From: an uncultured Gemmatimonadaceae bacterium
GTDB lineage: Bacteria > Gemmatimonadota > Gemmatimonadetes > Gemmatimonadales > Gemmatimonadaceae
Length of the DNA: 64,000 nucleotides
NCBI GenBank assembly: GCA_963843845.1
Contig: CAWJMB010000002.1
Coordinates: 2,080,001 to 2,144,000, forward strand
Direction of reading: 5' to 3'
In this document: in pieces, positions 15,625 through 28,652 of the stretch
How positions within the stretch are numbered: the first letter of the stretch is position 1
How the letters are laid out: the number at the start of each line of letters is the position of its first letter
Notes under the pieces: model-generated
What the model was told of the DNA's origin: nothing
Database searches by the model: none
Seen by the model: only the letters and a program-made list of their open reading frames with translations
Made by a program: the position numbers and the translations under genes

Positions 15625-16883
15625 TCGACGCGCTCGGTGGCGCGCGTGCGAGCGGCCGGCTGGTCGTCGGCGCCGTCGTGGGCGCCCGTGACGCGCTCGA
15701 GATAGACACGCTGCACGCGCCGCCGCACCACACGTTCGACCACGACCCGGAAGTCGCCGATCGTGAGGCGCTCACCGGCGCGGGGTACGCGGCCGACGAG
15801 CTCGTACACGAGGCCGCCGACCGTCGAGACCTCCTCGTGCTCGAACGAGCTGCCGGTGATCTCCGAGAGATCGCCGAGCGTCATCCGGCCGGAGACCCAG
15901 AAGCGGTCCTCCCCCTCGCGCTCGAGCGTTCGCTCGACGTCCTCGTCGTTCTCGTCGCGGATGTCGCCGACGATCTCCTCGAGCACGTCGTCGATCGTCA
16001 CGAGCCCCTCCGTGCCACCGTACTCGTCGACCACGATGGCGATGTGCGTCCCGCTGACGCGGAAGTCGCGGAGCTGGTCGTCGATCTGTTTCGTCCCGGG
16101 GATGAACAGCGGCGGTCGAACGAGGCCGTCCCACCCGTCCACCGGCTCCTCGCCGGCGATGACCGCGGGGAGCAAATCCTTCGCGTACAGAATCCCCACG
16201 ATGTCGTCGAGCGTCCCGTCGTAGACGGGGACTCGCGAGTGCTCCGAGCTGCGCACGCGGTCGACGACCTCGGACCACGGCGCGTCGTGCGCGATGCCGA
16301 TCACGTCGACGCGGGGCACCATGATCTCGCTCACCGTCGTCTCGCCCAACGAGAACACGCCAGCGAGGAGCGACTGCTCCTCCCGACTCACGTCCGCCTC
16401 GGACGTGATGACCTCACGGAACTGTTCGGCCGACTCTTCCCGCGACGACGCGTCCGCCGCCGCGGGCGGCAGTGCGCGCAGCAGCCGGGCGTCGAGCCGC
16501 GCGCTCAGCCAGAGCAGCGGCGCGAACAGCAGCTCGGCGGCACGCGTCATCGGCGCGAGACGGCCCACCCCGCGCGCGCCGATCGCGTGCCCCACCTCGC
16601 GAGCGGCCGTCTCGGCGACGACGACGACGCCGAACGCCGCGACGAGCGCGATCGCGACCGCGGCGATGCTCGAGCGTGCCGGCAGGTCGAGCGCCATCGC
16701 GGTCGCGACCCCGCAGGCGAGGATCGCGACGACGCGCGCGAAGGCGAGTGCGCGATGCGTCGCCGCGTGCGCGTGCACGCCGGCGCCGTCGTCGTCCTGC
16801 TCGGACGCGAGGAGGGCGGCGTCGGCGAGCACGAACGTGAAGGCGAGTGCGCCGCAGAGGATGGCGACGATCGTCGCGATCAT
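15621..16883 (-). CDS. CNNM/CBS/CorC_HlyC (hemolysin family) protein
   Basis: EIMVPRVDV, HSRVPVYDGTLDDIVGILYAKD, VDEYGGTEGLVTIDDVLEEIVGDIRDE, STVGGLV. Confidence 0.88.
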   Translation of the reverse strand: MIATIVAILCGALAFTFVLADAALLASEQDDDGAGVHAHAATHRALAFARVVAILACGVATAMALDLPARSSIAAVAIALVAAFGVVVVAETAAREVGHAIGARGVGRLAPMTRAAELLFAPLLWLSARLDARLLRALPPAAADASSREESAEQFREVITSEADVSREEQSLLAGVFSLGETTVSEIMVPRVDVIGIAHDAPWSEVVDRVRSSEHSRVPVYDGTLDDIVGILYAKDLLPAVIAGEEPVDGWDGLVRPPLFIPGTKQIDDQLRDFRVSGTHIAIVVDEYGGTEGLVTIDDVLEEIVGDIRDENDEDVERTLEREGEDRFWVSGRMTLGDLSEITGSSFEHEEVSTVGGLVYELVGRVPRAGERLTIGDFRVVVERVVRRRVQRVYLERVTGAHDGADDQPAARTRATERVE

Positions 16884-17344
16884 GCGGCGGCGACCCGCGG
16901 CCAGTGCGTCGCGAGCAACCGCTCCTGTCGCCGCCACATCTCGGAGCGTTCGCGCGCCTCCTCGTCATCGGGATGCGCGTAGCCGAGCGCGTGCAGCACG
17001 CCGTGCACCACGAGGCGCGCGAGCTCGTCGCGCACGCCGACCGCGAAGCGGCGTGCGTTCTCGCGCGCGACGTCCGGCGCGATGTAGATGTCGCCGTGAA
17101 CCGGTCCGTCCGGGAGGCGCGCGAGCTCGAAGGTGATGATGTCGGTCGGCCCGCGGTGCCCGAGGTGCCGACGGTTCAGCGTCGCGATGCGCGCCGCGCT
17201 GACGAACGTCACCGAGATGTCCGCCGCGCGGACTCGCTCGGCGCGCAGCACGCGACGCACGAGCGCCGCCACGCGATCGCGCGCGATCGGGACCCGCACG
17301 TCGACCGTCTCGACCGAGACCTCGATCGCCGCCGGCGCGCTCAC
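16880..17344 (-). CDS. ybeY: rRNA maturation RNase YbeY
   Basis: LNRRHLGHRGPTDIITF, GDIYI, HGVLHALGYAH. Confidence 0.92.
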   Translation of the reverse strand: MSAPAAIEVSVETVDVRVPIARDRVAALVRRVLRAERVRAADISVTFVSAARIATLNRRHLGHRGPTDIITFELARLPDGPVHGDIYIAPDVARENARRFAVGVRDELARLVVHGVLHALGYAHPDDEEARERSEMWRRQERLLATHWPRVAAA

Positions 17345-19587
17345 GCGGGCACCGACGTCGGGGCGGACACGGTCGTCGCGGCCGCGGGTGGGATGCCGCC
17401 GGCGGACGTCGGGTACTCGAGCCGGTTGTGGTGCATGCCCAACAGCGACCGCACGAGCTGCTCCTTCACGAGCTCGAGCTGGCGCAGGGTGAGCGGCGCG
17501 TCTCGCAGCTGTCCCTGCTCGATCCGCTGCTGCACGATGTGCTCGACGACGTCGCGGATCTTCTGCGGCGTCGGGTCCGGGATCGCGCGTGCCGACGCCT
17601 CCGCGCCGTCGGCGAGCATGAGGATCGCCGTCTCCGTGCTCTGGGGGATGGGCCCGGGATACGTGTATTCGGTGCCGGACGACGCGGCGTCCCCACGCTC
17701 GCGAGCTTTGTCGAGGAAGTACTTCAGTCGGCCGGTGCCGTGGTGCTCCGTGATGAACGCGCGCAGGGGGTCGGGCAGTTTGATCTCGTCTGCGAGCTCG
17801 AGCCCCTCGCGCACGTGGTTGCGAATGATCGATGCGCTCGTGCTCGGCTTCAGCTTGTCGTGCGGGTTGCGACCGCGCGGCTGGTTCTCGACGAAGAATT
17901 GCGGCTTCTTCAGCTTGCCGATGTCGTGGTAGTACGTGCCGACGCGAGCGAGCAGTCCGTTCGCGCCGATCGCGTTCGCGGCGGCCTCGGCCAGGTTCGC
18001 CACGGCGATCGTGTGCGCGTACGTCCCCGGCGCCTCGAGGGCGAGTCGCTGCATGAGGGGGCGGTTGAGATCCGACCACTCGAGCAGCCGCTGATACGTG
18101 ACCGTCCCCGTGAGCTGCTCGGCCGGCGGCATCAACCCGGTCGCGAGCGCCACCGAGACGACTGCACTCGCGGCGCCCAGGCCGCTCATGACCCCGACCT
18201 CACGCCACGACCAACCGAGCGTGAGCCCCAACGTGACGGCAGCGAGCGCGTACCCGATCGCGACGAACGCCATCGACGCATAGGCCTGGTCGCGGCGGCG
18301 CAGCGACTGCACGCTGATCGCGGCGGCGACGCCACCGACGAGCAGCGTGAACAGGGCGTTCGTGCCGCGGAAGGGACCCTGACTGCCGACGAGCACGGCG
18401 CCGACGAGCGCGAACACGACGCTGATGCGCGCGTCGAACAGGATGCTCAGCATCACGCCCGCGAGTGCGATCGGCACCAGCTCAGGACGTGGCGTCGCCA
18501 TGCGCGCGACGATCGCCCCGGCGGTCAGCACGACGGCGACCTGGAACGCGAAGAGCGCGACGACACGCATCGAGGCGTAGAGCGGCGGCCGGAACAGCAG
18601 CAACGTGACCCCGAAGATCGCGATGACGACGAGGTTGTGCAGCACCGCACCGATGACGCGCGCTGCTCCGCGAGTCGCGCTGACCTCGGCGTCGCCGCGG
18701 CGCGCCACCGCGTCGCGGAGCGCGCGCATCTTCTCGAACGTCTCGCGGCCGACGACCTCGTGCGCGCCGACGATCTTCTCACCGGCCCGAACGAAGTAGC
18801 GATCCGGGTCGACGGCGTTCGCCGACACGGCGCGCGCGCGCTCGGTCGCCGGGCGGTCCGGCACGAGCGTGGGTCGGAAGAACGCGCTCAGCAGCTTGAC
18901 GTAGAGCGCGTCGCCGACATCGGAGCGAAGGTCCGGCACCTGGTCACGCGCGCGCTGGAGCAGCGTGCCGAACGTGACGACGCTGTCGACCGGCACGATC
19001 GTCGTTCGTCCACCGTTGTCGATCACGATCTGGCCGCGCAGTCCGCTCAGCGAGGAGGACGACGCGACGCCGCCCGGCAGATAGCGACTCAGCGCGCGCT
19101 CGACCGCGTCGAGCTGCGCGCGGCGCTGCAGCGGCACGCGGAGGTACGCGATCTCGGCCGGCGTGAGTCGCACGTTGAGCTGTCGCGCGATCGACGTGGC
19201 GGCGAGCGCCGACGCCGGTGCGCCAGGGGCGAAGGCGCTCTCCATCGCCGCGGCGAACAGCGCGAGCTGCGTCCGCACGCTGTCGAGCGGCACGCGGCGG
19301 AGCGTGAAGACGGGCGGCACGGCACGCATCGCGGCGTCGCGCTCACCCTGACGCTCGCGCTCGTTCTTGGGGACGCGAAACGCGAACGGCGCGATCACGT
19401 TCTCCGGCGCCACCGAGCCGACCTCGTACAACGGCAGCTCGACCGCCGGCGCCAGGGGGAAGAGCAGGAACGCCGCGACGGCCAGCGCGAGTCCGACGAG
19501 CAGCCGCGCGCCGTGAAATCGGACACGCGCGGCGCCGCTACTTCGTGGCGGCTCGTCGGACGTCGACCAACTGACGGCGGTGCTCAT
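17341..19587 (-). CDS. 7TM-HD (HDIG) phosphohydrolase, PgpH-like
   Basis: Extracellular domain, multi-TM block, EAPGTYAHT...YYHDIGK, FFVENQ, HHGT, MLADGAEA. Confidence 0.88.
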   Translation of the reverse strand: MSTAVSWSTSDEPPRSSGAARVRFHGARLLVGLALAVAAFLLFPLAPAVELPLYEVGSVAPENVIAPFAFRVPKNERERQGERDAAMRAVPPVFTLRRVPLDSVRTQLALFAAAMESAFAPGAPASALAATSIARQLNVRLTPAEIAYLRVPLQRRAQLDAVERALSRYLPGGVASSSSLSGLRGQIVIDNGGRTTIVPVDSVVTFGTLLQRARDQVPDLRSDVGDALYVKLLSAFFRPTLVPDRPATERARAVSANAVDPDRYFVRAGEKIVGAHEVVGRETFEKMRALRDAVARRGDAEVSATRGAARVIGAVLHNLVVIAIFGVTLLLFRPPLYASMRVVALFAFQVAVVLTAGAIVARMATPRPELVPIALAGVMLSILFDARISVVFALVGAVLVGSQGPFRGTNALFTLLVGGVAAAISVQSLRRRDQAYASMAFVAIGYALAAVTLGLTLGWSWREVGVMSGLGAASAVVSVALATGLMPPAEQLTGTVTYQRLLEWSDLNRPLMQRLALEAPGTYAHTIAVANLAEAAANAIGANGLLARVGTYYHDIGKLKKPQFFVENQPRGRNPHDKLKPSTSASIIRNHVREGLELADEIKLPDPLRAFITEHHGTGRLKYFLDKARERGDAASSGTEYTYPGPIPQSTETAILMLADGAEASARAIPDPTPQKIRDVVEHIVQQRIEQGQLRDAPLTLRQLELVKEQLVRSLLGMHHNRLEYPTSAGGIPPAAATTVSAPTSVPA

Positions 19588-19594
19588 GACCTAC

Positions 19595-20554
19595 TCACGC
19601 ACCCGCGTCTTCGGCGTACGCCCTGATGATCTCGCGCACCAGCCGGTGTCGCACGACGTCCGCATCCGTGAAGTAGTGGAACTGGATGCCGTCGATGTCG
19701 TGCAGTATCCGCTCCACCTGCATCAGCCCGGAGTCTTCGCGCCGCGGCAGGTCGATCTGCGTCTTGTCCCCGGTGATGACGATCTTCGAGTTCACGCCCA
19801 GCCGCGTGAGGAACATCTTCATCTGGAGGGTCGTCGCGTTCTGCGCCTCGTCGAGGATCACGAACGCGTCGCCCAGCGTGCGGCCCCGCATGAACGCGAG
19901 CGGCGCGATCTCGATCGTCCGCGTCTCGAGCGCCTTCGCCATGCGTTCCGGCGGCATCATCTCGTCGAGCGCGTCGTAGAGCGGGCGCAGGTACGGGTCG
20001 ACCTTGGCCTGCATGTCCCCTGGCAGAAAGCCGAGACTCTCACCCGCCTCCACGGCCGGTCGCGCGAGGACGATCCGCCGCACCCGTTTTCGCACGAGCG
20101 CGTCGACGGCCATCGCGACGGCGAGATACGTCTTGCCGGTGCCTGCGGGTCCGATCCCGATCACGATGTCGTTCTCGGCGATCTTCTGCATGTACTCGCC
20201 CTGGCCGCTCGTCTTCGCCTGGATGATACGGCGGACCCCGGGGAGCGCGAGGCGGCTCGCGTCGGGCGGGTTGCCCTCACCGTCGCGGCCGGCGTCGAGA
20301 CTCAGCCGGAGCACGTCGTCGGCGCTGATCGCCCCGCCCTGCCGCGCGAGCTCGATGAGCCGCTGCGCGACGTCGACCGCCCGGCCTAACGCGTCGGCGT
20401 TCGGCGCCGTGAGCGTGAGCGTATCGCCGCGCAACGCGACGCGAGCGCCGGTGATGCGGGAGAGCTCGCTGAGATTCGTGTCGTTCACGCCGGCCAGCGA
20501 CAGCTGGTCGGCCCCTTCGGTCGATAAGCGCTGCGTACTGTCGCCGTCGCTCAC
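19595..20554 (-). CDS. phoH: PhoH family ATPase (YbeZ-like)
   Basis: GPAGTGKTYLA, RPAVEAGESLGFLPG, APLAFMRGRT, DEAQN, GDKTQIDLP, VVRHRLV. Confidence 0.93.
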   Translation of the reverse strand: MSDGDSTQRLSTEGADQLSLAGVNDTNLSELSRITGARVALRGDTLTLTAPNADALGRAVDVAQRLIELARQGGAISADDVLRLSLDAGRDGEGNPPDASRLALPGVRRIIQAKTSGQGEYMQKIAENDIVIGIGPAGTGKTYLAVAMAVDALVRKRVRRIVLARPAVEAGESLGFLPGDMQAKVDPYLRPLYDALDEMMPPERMAKALETRTIEIAPLAFMRGRTLGDAFVILDEAQNATTLQMKMFLTRLGVNSKIVITGDKTQIDLPRREDSGLMQVERILHDIDGIQFHYFTDADVVRHRLVREIIRAYAEDAGA

Positions 20555-22352
20555 TCTGGTCCTGCCTCCACCCGAAGATGTAAGTCGTGCACGTCGCGCT
20601 CCGGGACGGCCGTCGGTGCGCCCTCATACAATGCGCGGGCCGCGGTCGTTTTCGGGAACGCGATGACGTCACGGAGCGACGACGCGCCGCTCCACAACAT
20701 CGCGATCCGGTCGAAGCCGAGCGCGATCCCGCCGTGCGGTGGGGCGCCTGCGCGCAGCCCCTCGAGCAGGAAGCCGAACCGTGCCGCCGCCGTCGGCTCG
20801 TCGATGCCGAGCAGCGAGAAGACGCGCGACTGCATCGCCGGGTCGCTGATGCGGATGCTCCCGCCGCCGAGCTCCGTGCCGTTCAGCACCACATCGTACG
20901 CGCGCGCCCGCACCCGGTGCGGCTCGCGGTCGAGCAGGTGCGCGTCCTCCGGCGCCGGCGCCGTGAACGGATGGTGCATCGCGGTGAGCGCTCCAGACTG
21001 CGGATCGCGCTCGAACATCGGGAAATCGACGACCCAGAGCAGCTCGCGCGCGTCGTCACGAACGAGGCTCAGGCGGCGCGCGACGTCCTGACGCATCCGG
21101 TCGAGCGCCGGGCTCGTGACGTGATCCGGGCCGGCGACGATCACCGCCATGTCGCCATCGGACGAGCCGCAAACGCTCGATCGCGTCGCCGCGAAGGAAC
21201 TTCGCCGTCGGCCCTTCGAGCGCGTCGCCGTTGCGCTTGAGGAAGATGACCCCCTGCGCGCCGGCGCCCCTGGCGAGGGCCTGGAGCTCGTCCTGCTCCT
21301 TCCGCGAGAAGCGCGCACCGCCCGGCGCGACGAATCCGCGAAAGCGCCCCCCGGCCGCGATCACGACCGACGACACCGCGAAGTCGGTACCCTCGAAGAC
21401 GCGCCGTGAGATCGTGCAACTCCAGGCCGTAGCGCAGATCCGGCCGGTCGATGCCGTAGCGCTCCATGGCGTCCGCGTACGTCATCCGCCGGAACGGCGT
21501 GCTGACCTGAACGCCGGCGACGGCGAACAGCGCCGCGAGCATCCCCTCGGTGACGCGAATGATGTCGTCCTGATCGACGAACGAGGCCTCGACGTCGATC
21601 TGCGTGAACTCCGGCTGGCGGTCCGCGCGCAGGTCCTCATCGCGAAAGCAGCGGGCGATCTGGAAGTACCGATCGAGCCCGGCGACCATGAAGAGCTGCT
21701 TGTAGATCTGCGGCGACTGCGGCAGCGCGTAGAACTCGCCCGGGTGCACCCGGCTCGGCACGAGATAGTCGCGCGCCCCCTCGGGCGTCGGCTTCGTGAG
21801 GATCGGCGTCTCGATCTCGAGGAACCCGGCGTCGCTCAGATACCGCCGTGCCGTCTGCGCCAGTCGGTGTCGCAGCACGAGGTTTCGCTGGAGCTCCGGC
21901 CGGCGGAGATCGAGGTAGCGGTAGCGCAACCGCAGATCCTCGGACGGGAGCTTCTCGGTGCGCCCGCGGGCCACCGGAATCGCCGGGGTCTCCGCGGCGC
22001 CGACGACGCGAATCGACGTCGCGCGCACCTCGACGTCGCCCGTCTCCATCTCCGGATTGCGCCGCTCCGCCGGGCGCAGCACGACCTCGCCTTCGACGAG
22101 GACCACACTCTCGATGCCGACCGCGGACGCCACCGCGCGCGCCTCGTCGTTCGCGAAGGCCGGGTCGAACGAGAGCTGCACCAGGCCATCCCGGTCCCGG
22201 AGGTCGATGAACACGAGCCCGCCGAGGTCGCGGCTCCGGTGCACCCAGCCGCCGAGTCGCACGACGGTGCCTGCGTGCTCGGCGCGGAGCGAGCCGCCGG
22301 TATGGGTACGGAGCGATGTCGCGAGCGCGGTCGGCAAGACGGAGTCGGTCAC
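20551..22352 (-). CDS. aspS: Aspartate--tRNA ligase; frameshifts near 21400 and 21160
   Basis: [88 protein letters not shown]. Confidence 0.95.
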
Positions 22353-22375
22353 GGAGAACGCGGAGGGTGGGAGCG

Positions 22376-22765
22376 TCAGGCGGCGGCCGAGCCGCGCCGC
22401 ACGACGGGGCGCATGAATGCGGCGATCGCCGCTCCAGCGAGAGCGCCGACCGAGTCGGCCTGCCAGTCGGCCGTGTCGGACGAACGGCCCGGAATGAAGC
22501 GCTGATGCCACTCGTCGGCCCACCCGAACGCCGAGACGACGGCGACGAGCACCACCGCGTGCGTCCGCGTCACGGACCGGACGCCGGGCCAGAACCACGC
22601 GCGCCACGCGACGAACGCGAGCACGCCGTAGAGCAGTGCGTGGACGGCCTTGTCGCCATGCGGAACGTCGGGGACGTCCGGGCGGGGCCACGACGTGGCG
22701 ACGAGGAGCAACGTCGTCCAGACGACGAGCGGCCCCCAGCGGCGACGAGAGTTGTCACGAGCCAT
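22376..22765 (-). CDS. VanZ family membrane protein
   Basis: [33 protein letters not shown]. Confidence 0.85.
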   Translation of the reverse strand: MARDNSRRRWGPLVVWTTLLLVATSWPRPDVPDVPHGDKAVHALLYGVLAFVAWRAWFWPGVRSVTRTHAVVLVAVVSAFGWADEWHQRFIPGRSSDTADWQADSVGALAGAAIAAFMRPVVRRGSAAA

Positions 22766-22851
22766 ACCAGAGCGGGAAATCTACCTCGACAGTACGACTG
22801 CTGGTAGCGCCGACTTGCCGCGGTCCCCGTGCGCTCATACTGTCCAAGTCG

Positions 22852-23802
22852 ATGCGCCACATGCTTTTCGCTGCCTCGTTCGGGGCCACGTGCTGCCTCG
22901 GACCGGGTCGGGCGGGTGCGCAGAACGTGCCGGCGGCGCGGCCCGTGCCCGGCCGTGCGTTGCTGGATTTTCCGCTCGGCACGCTGGCCGAGGTGCCGGC
23001 GCTGGCGACGGGCGGCGGCGGCGGGTTCACGAACCCCGCCGCACTGCTCGCCGACGGCGCCGCCGAGCCGCCGAGTCGGCTCCGGGTCGCCGTCGGGCAG
23101 CTCAGCGCGCAGGGGCTTCGGGGCGCGACCGGACAGTTCGCCTCGCTGAACACCGTGCGCGGCCGCAGCGCGATCGGCGTCAGCTTCGCGCGCATGGGAG
23201 TCGACGGGATCGACCGCACCGGCGATGGCGGCCCGCAGGTCATCGGCGACGTGCGCTACGACACCTATGTGCTCTCGGCCGAAAGCGCGCGGCGACTCGG
23301 GGGGACGTTGCGCAACCGCGTCGTCGTCGGGGTGGCGGCGCGCTACCGCGGCGCGCGCGACGACACGCTCAGCGCGTCCACCGCAGCGGTCGACGTCGGC
23401 CTGCTCGCCGACGGGTTGTTCGGCGCGCGCGACGTGCGGCTCGCGGCGTCGAGCTTTCTCTGGCGCCCCGGTCGCGAATCGATCGAGCGCCCGGGGGCGC
23501 GGTTCGGGGCGGACGCCCACGTGCTCGGGACCGACGCGGCGCACGAGGTGCGAGCCGGCGTGTCGCACGACGTGACGCGGGGCGCGACATCCGAGACGGG
23601 GATCTTCGCCGCCGGCCGCTGGACGTACGCCGAATCGCGCATCGGGATCGCGTCGGCACGCGGCTTCGGTGACAGTCAGACGCGGTTCCGGCTCGCGCTC
23701 GCCTTTCGCGCCGATCGGCTCACGGTGGGCGTGGCACACGAGGGGAGTGCGCCGTCGTTCGGCTCGCTCTGGCAGTTCACACTCAGCTCGCGGCTGCGCT
23801 GA
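22852..23802 (+). CDS. Exported hypothetical protein, probable outer-membrane beta-barrel (PorV/PorQ-like)
   Basis: Signal-peptide-like N-terminus, FTNPAAL motif, alternating beta-strand pattern, aromatic-rich C-terminal strand. Confidence 0.5.
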   Translation: MRHMLFAASFGATCCLGPGRAGAQNVPAARPVPGRALLDFPLGTLAEVPALATGGGGGFTNPAALLADGAAEPPSRLRVAVGQLSAQGLRGATGQFASLNTVRGRSAIGVSFARMGVDGIDRTGDGGPQVIGDVRYDTYVLSAESARRLGGTLRNRVVVGVAARYRGARDDTLSASTAAVDVGLLADGLFGARDVRLAASSFLWRPGRESIERPGARFGADAHVLGTDAAHEVRAGVSHDVTRGATSETGIFAAGRWTYAESRIGIASARGFGDSQTRFRLALAFRADRLTVGVAHEGSAPSFGSLWQFTLSSRLR

Positions 23803-23819
23803 GCGAGGAACCGATCGAC

Positions 23820-24933
23820 ATGAGCTCTCGCCCGCTTTCACTGCACGGACCGTCAGGCAAGGTCAATCTGCTGAACCTCGTGCCGTCGGCCGCGGAGCGC
23901 GTGCTGGCCGAGTTCGCGGCTGAGCTGGGCGTGCCGGCTTACCGCGCGCGACAGATCCTGCCGCGCCTCTGGTCGCGCCCGGTGAAGGCGTTCGACGAGA
24001 TCAGCGAGCTGCCGAAGTCGTTGCGTGCAGCGCTCGACGAGCGCTTCGAGCTGCCGCGACTCGAGTGCACCGTGCGCCAGCGATCGAGCGACGGCACGCA
24101 GAAGTTCCTGTTCCGGCTCACCGACGGGCAGGCGGTCGAGACGGTCGCGATTCCGGACGGCGACCGCCTCACGCTGTGCATCTCGTCGCAGGCCGGGTGC
24201 GCGCTCAAGTGCGCGTTCTGCGCGACCGGCGTGATGGGCTTCGCGCGGAACCTCGAGCCGTTCGAGATCGCCGGCCAGGTGCGCGAGCTCGCGCTGCTCG
24301 ACCCCGCCGCTCGCCGCGACGAACATCGTGTTCATGGGCATGGGCGAGCCGCTCATGAACTGGCGCGCCGTGGACCCGGTGCTGACGATCCTCAACGCCC
24401 CGACCGGTTTCGGAATCGGCGCGCGCCACATCACCGTGTCCACCGTCGGCGTGCTTCCCGGGATCGTCGCACTGGGCGAGCGCCCCGAGCAGTTCCGGCT
24501 CGCGCTCTCCATCCACGCCCCGACCGACGCGTTGCGTGCGAGCCTGATGCCGGTGAACACGAAGTACCCGCTCGCCGAGGTCTTGCGCGCGGCGCGCGAG
24601 TTCGATCGCCGCGTGACCTTCGAGTACGTGCTGCTGGGCGGGGTGAACGACGCGCCCGATCACGCGCGCCAGCTCGCCGACCTCGCGATCGAATGCCGTG
24701 CGTTCGTGAACCTGATTCCGCTGCACCCGGGCGGTGCGGTCGGCTTCACCCCGACGCCGTCGGCCGACATGGAACGCTTCGCGCGCACGCTGCGCGACCG
24801 GGGCGTCGAGGTCGCGATCCGCAAGAGCCGCGGCGTCGACATCGCGGCGGCATGCGGGCAGCTACGGGTCGAGCGTCTGGGGCGGCGCACGCCACGTTCG
24901 GCCGACGACGACCGTGAGGTCCAGATAGCGTGA
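23820..24933 (+). CDS. rlmN: 23S rRNA m2A2503 / tRNA radical-SAM methyltransferase RlmN; one frameshift near 24310
   Basis: [59 protein letters not shown]. Confidence 0.94.
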
Positions 24934-25374
24934 CGAGTCGGGGCGCGACTCCACACGCGCCCCGCCCATCGCCCGCGCCGCGCGGCGCGCCCATTCCGGA
25001 TGGCCGCTCCGGTCGAGCACGACCGACTCGTCGACGCGGTCGGGCCACGTGCCGACGTCGACGACGTCGAAGCCACGCGCGCGCATCCACGACGTCGCGC
25101 GTCTCGCCAGCCCGCGGGTCGTCGTTCCGTTCACGACCTGCGTCCGGATCCGAACGCCCGGCGGTGCCTGCGCGAGCGAGTCGTTCGCGATCGCGTCGAG
25201 CGTCGCCAGCAGATCGCTCACCGCCGTCGAGTCGGATCGTTCCGGCACGCCGCGCGGAGCCGACTCGGCCGCGGCCGCACCGCGAGACCCAGTCCGCGCA
25301 CGCCAGGCGCTGACGCCTCCCCACCCCGCGACGCCGACGAGCAGCGCGGCGAGGATGACGCGGCCGGGCTTCAT
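24862..25374 (-). CDS. LytR/CpsA/Psr C-terminal (LytR_C) domain membrane protein
   Basis: N-terminal [31 protein letters not shown]. Confidence 0.78.
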   Translation of the reverse strand: MKPGRVILAALLVGVAGWGGVSAWRARTGSRGAAAAESAPRGVPERSDSTAVSDLLATLDAIANDSLAQAPPGVRIRTQVVNGTTTRGLARRATSWMRARGFDVVDVGTWPDRVDESVVLDRSGHPEWARRAARAMGGARVESRPDSSRYLDLTVVVGRTWRAPPQTLDP

Positions 25375-25402
25375 CGACGGTCGAGGGGACGCGCCGCCCC
25401 CG

Positions 25403-25945
25403 TCATTCGCCGCGGACGCTGTTCCACAGCGCGACCGTCTCGGGAAGGAGCGCCCTTCCCTCACGCAACGACCACTCGATCCGGAGGCGCACGACCTGAC
25501 GGAAGACGCCGTCACAGTCGTGCGGCACGTGCGCGGCGAGGAACGCCCGATCGGCCGCGGCGAACTTCCGTCCGGGCTCGAGAAAGTCCGCGAGGTAGAG
25601 CGCACGACCCACCCGTCCCCACCGGGCGCTGCCGACGGTGTGGTAGCGAATCGCCTCGAGCACGTCGGCGCGCGTCTCGCCGTCGCGCGCGAGCATCGTT
25701 GCAGCTGCCGGACCGTGGAGCAGCTCGGGCGGCGACCCGTGATCGCCGGTCAGCGCGCGCAGCTCGGGCTCGCCGGCGTCGCGCAACGCATCGTGCCACA
25801 CCCCGGCGTCGCGCATCGCGAGCGACTCGACGTCGTTCGCGGCGAGCGCCGGCGCCCATGTCTCGAGCAGCGCGGTCACGCGACCGATGTGCGCACGCCG
25901 CTTCTCGCCGACGCGCGCCCACGGCGGAAGGACGACCGCGCTCAC
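25403..25945 (-). CDS. HD-domain protein, YqeK-like (Ap4A hydrolase family)
   Basis: RRAHIGRV, WHDALRD, LLHGPAAA, IRYHTVG, LYLADFLEPGR. Confidence 0.78.
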   Translation of the reverse strand: MSAVVLPPWARVGEKRRAHIGRVTALLETWAPALAANDVESLAMRDAGVWHDALRDAGEPELRALTGDHGSPPELLHGPAAATMLARDGETRADVLEAIRYHTVGSARWGRVGRALYLADFLEPGRKFAAADRAFLAAHVPHDCDGVFRQVVRLRIEWSLREGRALLPETVALWNSVRGE

Positions 25946-26719
25946 CCGTCGAGTGCCTGCCGCATCTCGCGAACGAGCGCGATCGCACGCTCGACGCTCT
26001 CGCCCGCAGCGCGCACGAGCGCACTGCCGACGACGATGCCGTCGGCGAGCCGTCCGACCTCCGCCGCCTGATCGGGCGTCGAGATCCCGAAGCCGACGCA
26101 GATCGGGAGCGATGTGGCGCTCCGCAGGCGGTCGATCGACGACGGCAGCGAGGCGGAGAGCGTGCTCTGCTCGCCGGTCACGCCGAGTCGGCTGATGAGG
26201 TACACGAACCCGCTTCCGTGCCGCGCGATCTCGGCCATGCGCTCGCGCGGGGTCGTCGGCGCGACGAGGCGCACGAACGCGAGCGGTCCGCCGCCGAAGC
26301 GTTCTTCGAGCGCCGGGTCCGCCCCCACGGGGAGGTCGGTGACGAGCACGCCGGCGACGCCCGCGTCTGCCGCGCGGTGCAGCACGTCGCGTCCCGCCGA
26401 GAGGAGCGGGTTGAGGTAGCTGAACAGCACGATCGGCACCGGCGGCCGCACGCGGTCGACCAGGGCGAGCGTGCCGTCGAGCGTCATCCCGCCGTCGAGC
26501 GCGATCTGCGAGCTGCGCTGGATCACGGGACCGTCGGCCATCGGGTCCGAGAATGGCACGCCGACCTCGATGACGTCGGCGCCCGCCTCGGCGAGCCCGC
26601 CTAACAGCTCGGCGGAGCGGTCGACGTCCGGATGGCCGGCAGTCACGTAGCACACGAGCGCCTTCCGACCGTCCCGGCGGAGCGCCTCGAACCGTCCCTC
26701 GAGCGACGCCGCGAGAACG

Positions 26720-26727
<8 letters not shown>
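25942..26727 (-). CDS. trpA: Tryptophan synthase alpha chain
   Basis: [48 protein letters not shown]. Confidence 0.95.
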
Positions 26728-27937
<1,210 letters not shown>

Positions 27938-27941
<4 letters not shown>

Positions 27942-28652
27942 GAAGTACGCTCGCGTTCGGCACGATCCGGCGCGGCGTGAGTCGCCGCGCGCCAGAATGC
28001 GCGCATGAGGTGATGGGCTTTGACGCCGGGCGCCGATTCGACGCCGGACGATACGTCGACGACGTTCGGCGCGAGACGAGCGACCGCCGTCGTCGACGTT
28101 CGACGGCGTGAGTCCGCCGGCGAGCACGAGACACCCGTCGCCACGCGCCCGCTCGACCGACTCGGCGAGCCGCGCCCAGTCGAGCGTGACGCCGGTGCCG
28201 CCCAACGCGCCCGGCCACGCGCGCGTCGAGCACCACCGCGTCCGCCACGGCGAACAGCTCGGCCGCGTCGCCCGGCAGGGCCACCCCGTCCACACGGAGC
28301 ACGGCCCACACGGTCGCGCCCGACCGCTGCGCGAACCCGCGCCACCTCGCTCGGTGACGGGTCGCCGTGCAGCTGCACGACGTCGAGCGAGGCGTCGTGC
28401 GTCACGTCGGCGATCTCCTGCGCCGCCTGACCTCCGAACACCCCCACGCAGCGCGGCACGCCCTGCCACGACAGCGCCGCCGCCGCCCGCGCCCGCCGAG
28501 AAGAGCGCGGCGGCACGCGCTGGCGCGATCGCTCGCGGCCCGCCGGCGAAGATGGCGCCGAGGAAGCGCGCGCCGAGTCGCCCCCCTTCGGCGGCGTCGT
28601 CCGCGCGCGTCAGCCCACAGAACTTGACCGCGGGCCCGCGCCGCTCGCTCAC
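27938..28652 (-). CDS. trpF: Phosphoribosylanthranilate isomerase; multiple frameshifts
   Basis: [52 protein letters not shown] across frames. Confidence 0.88.
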
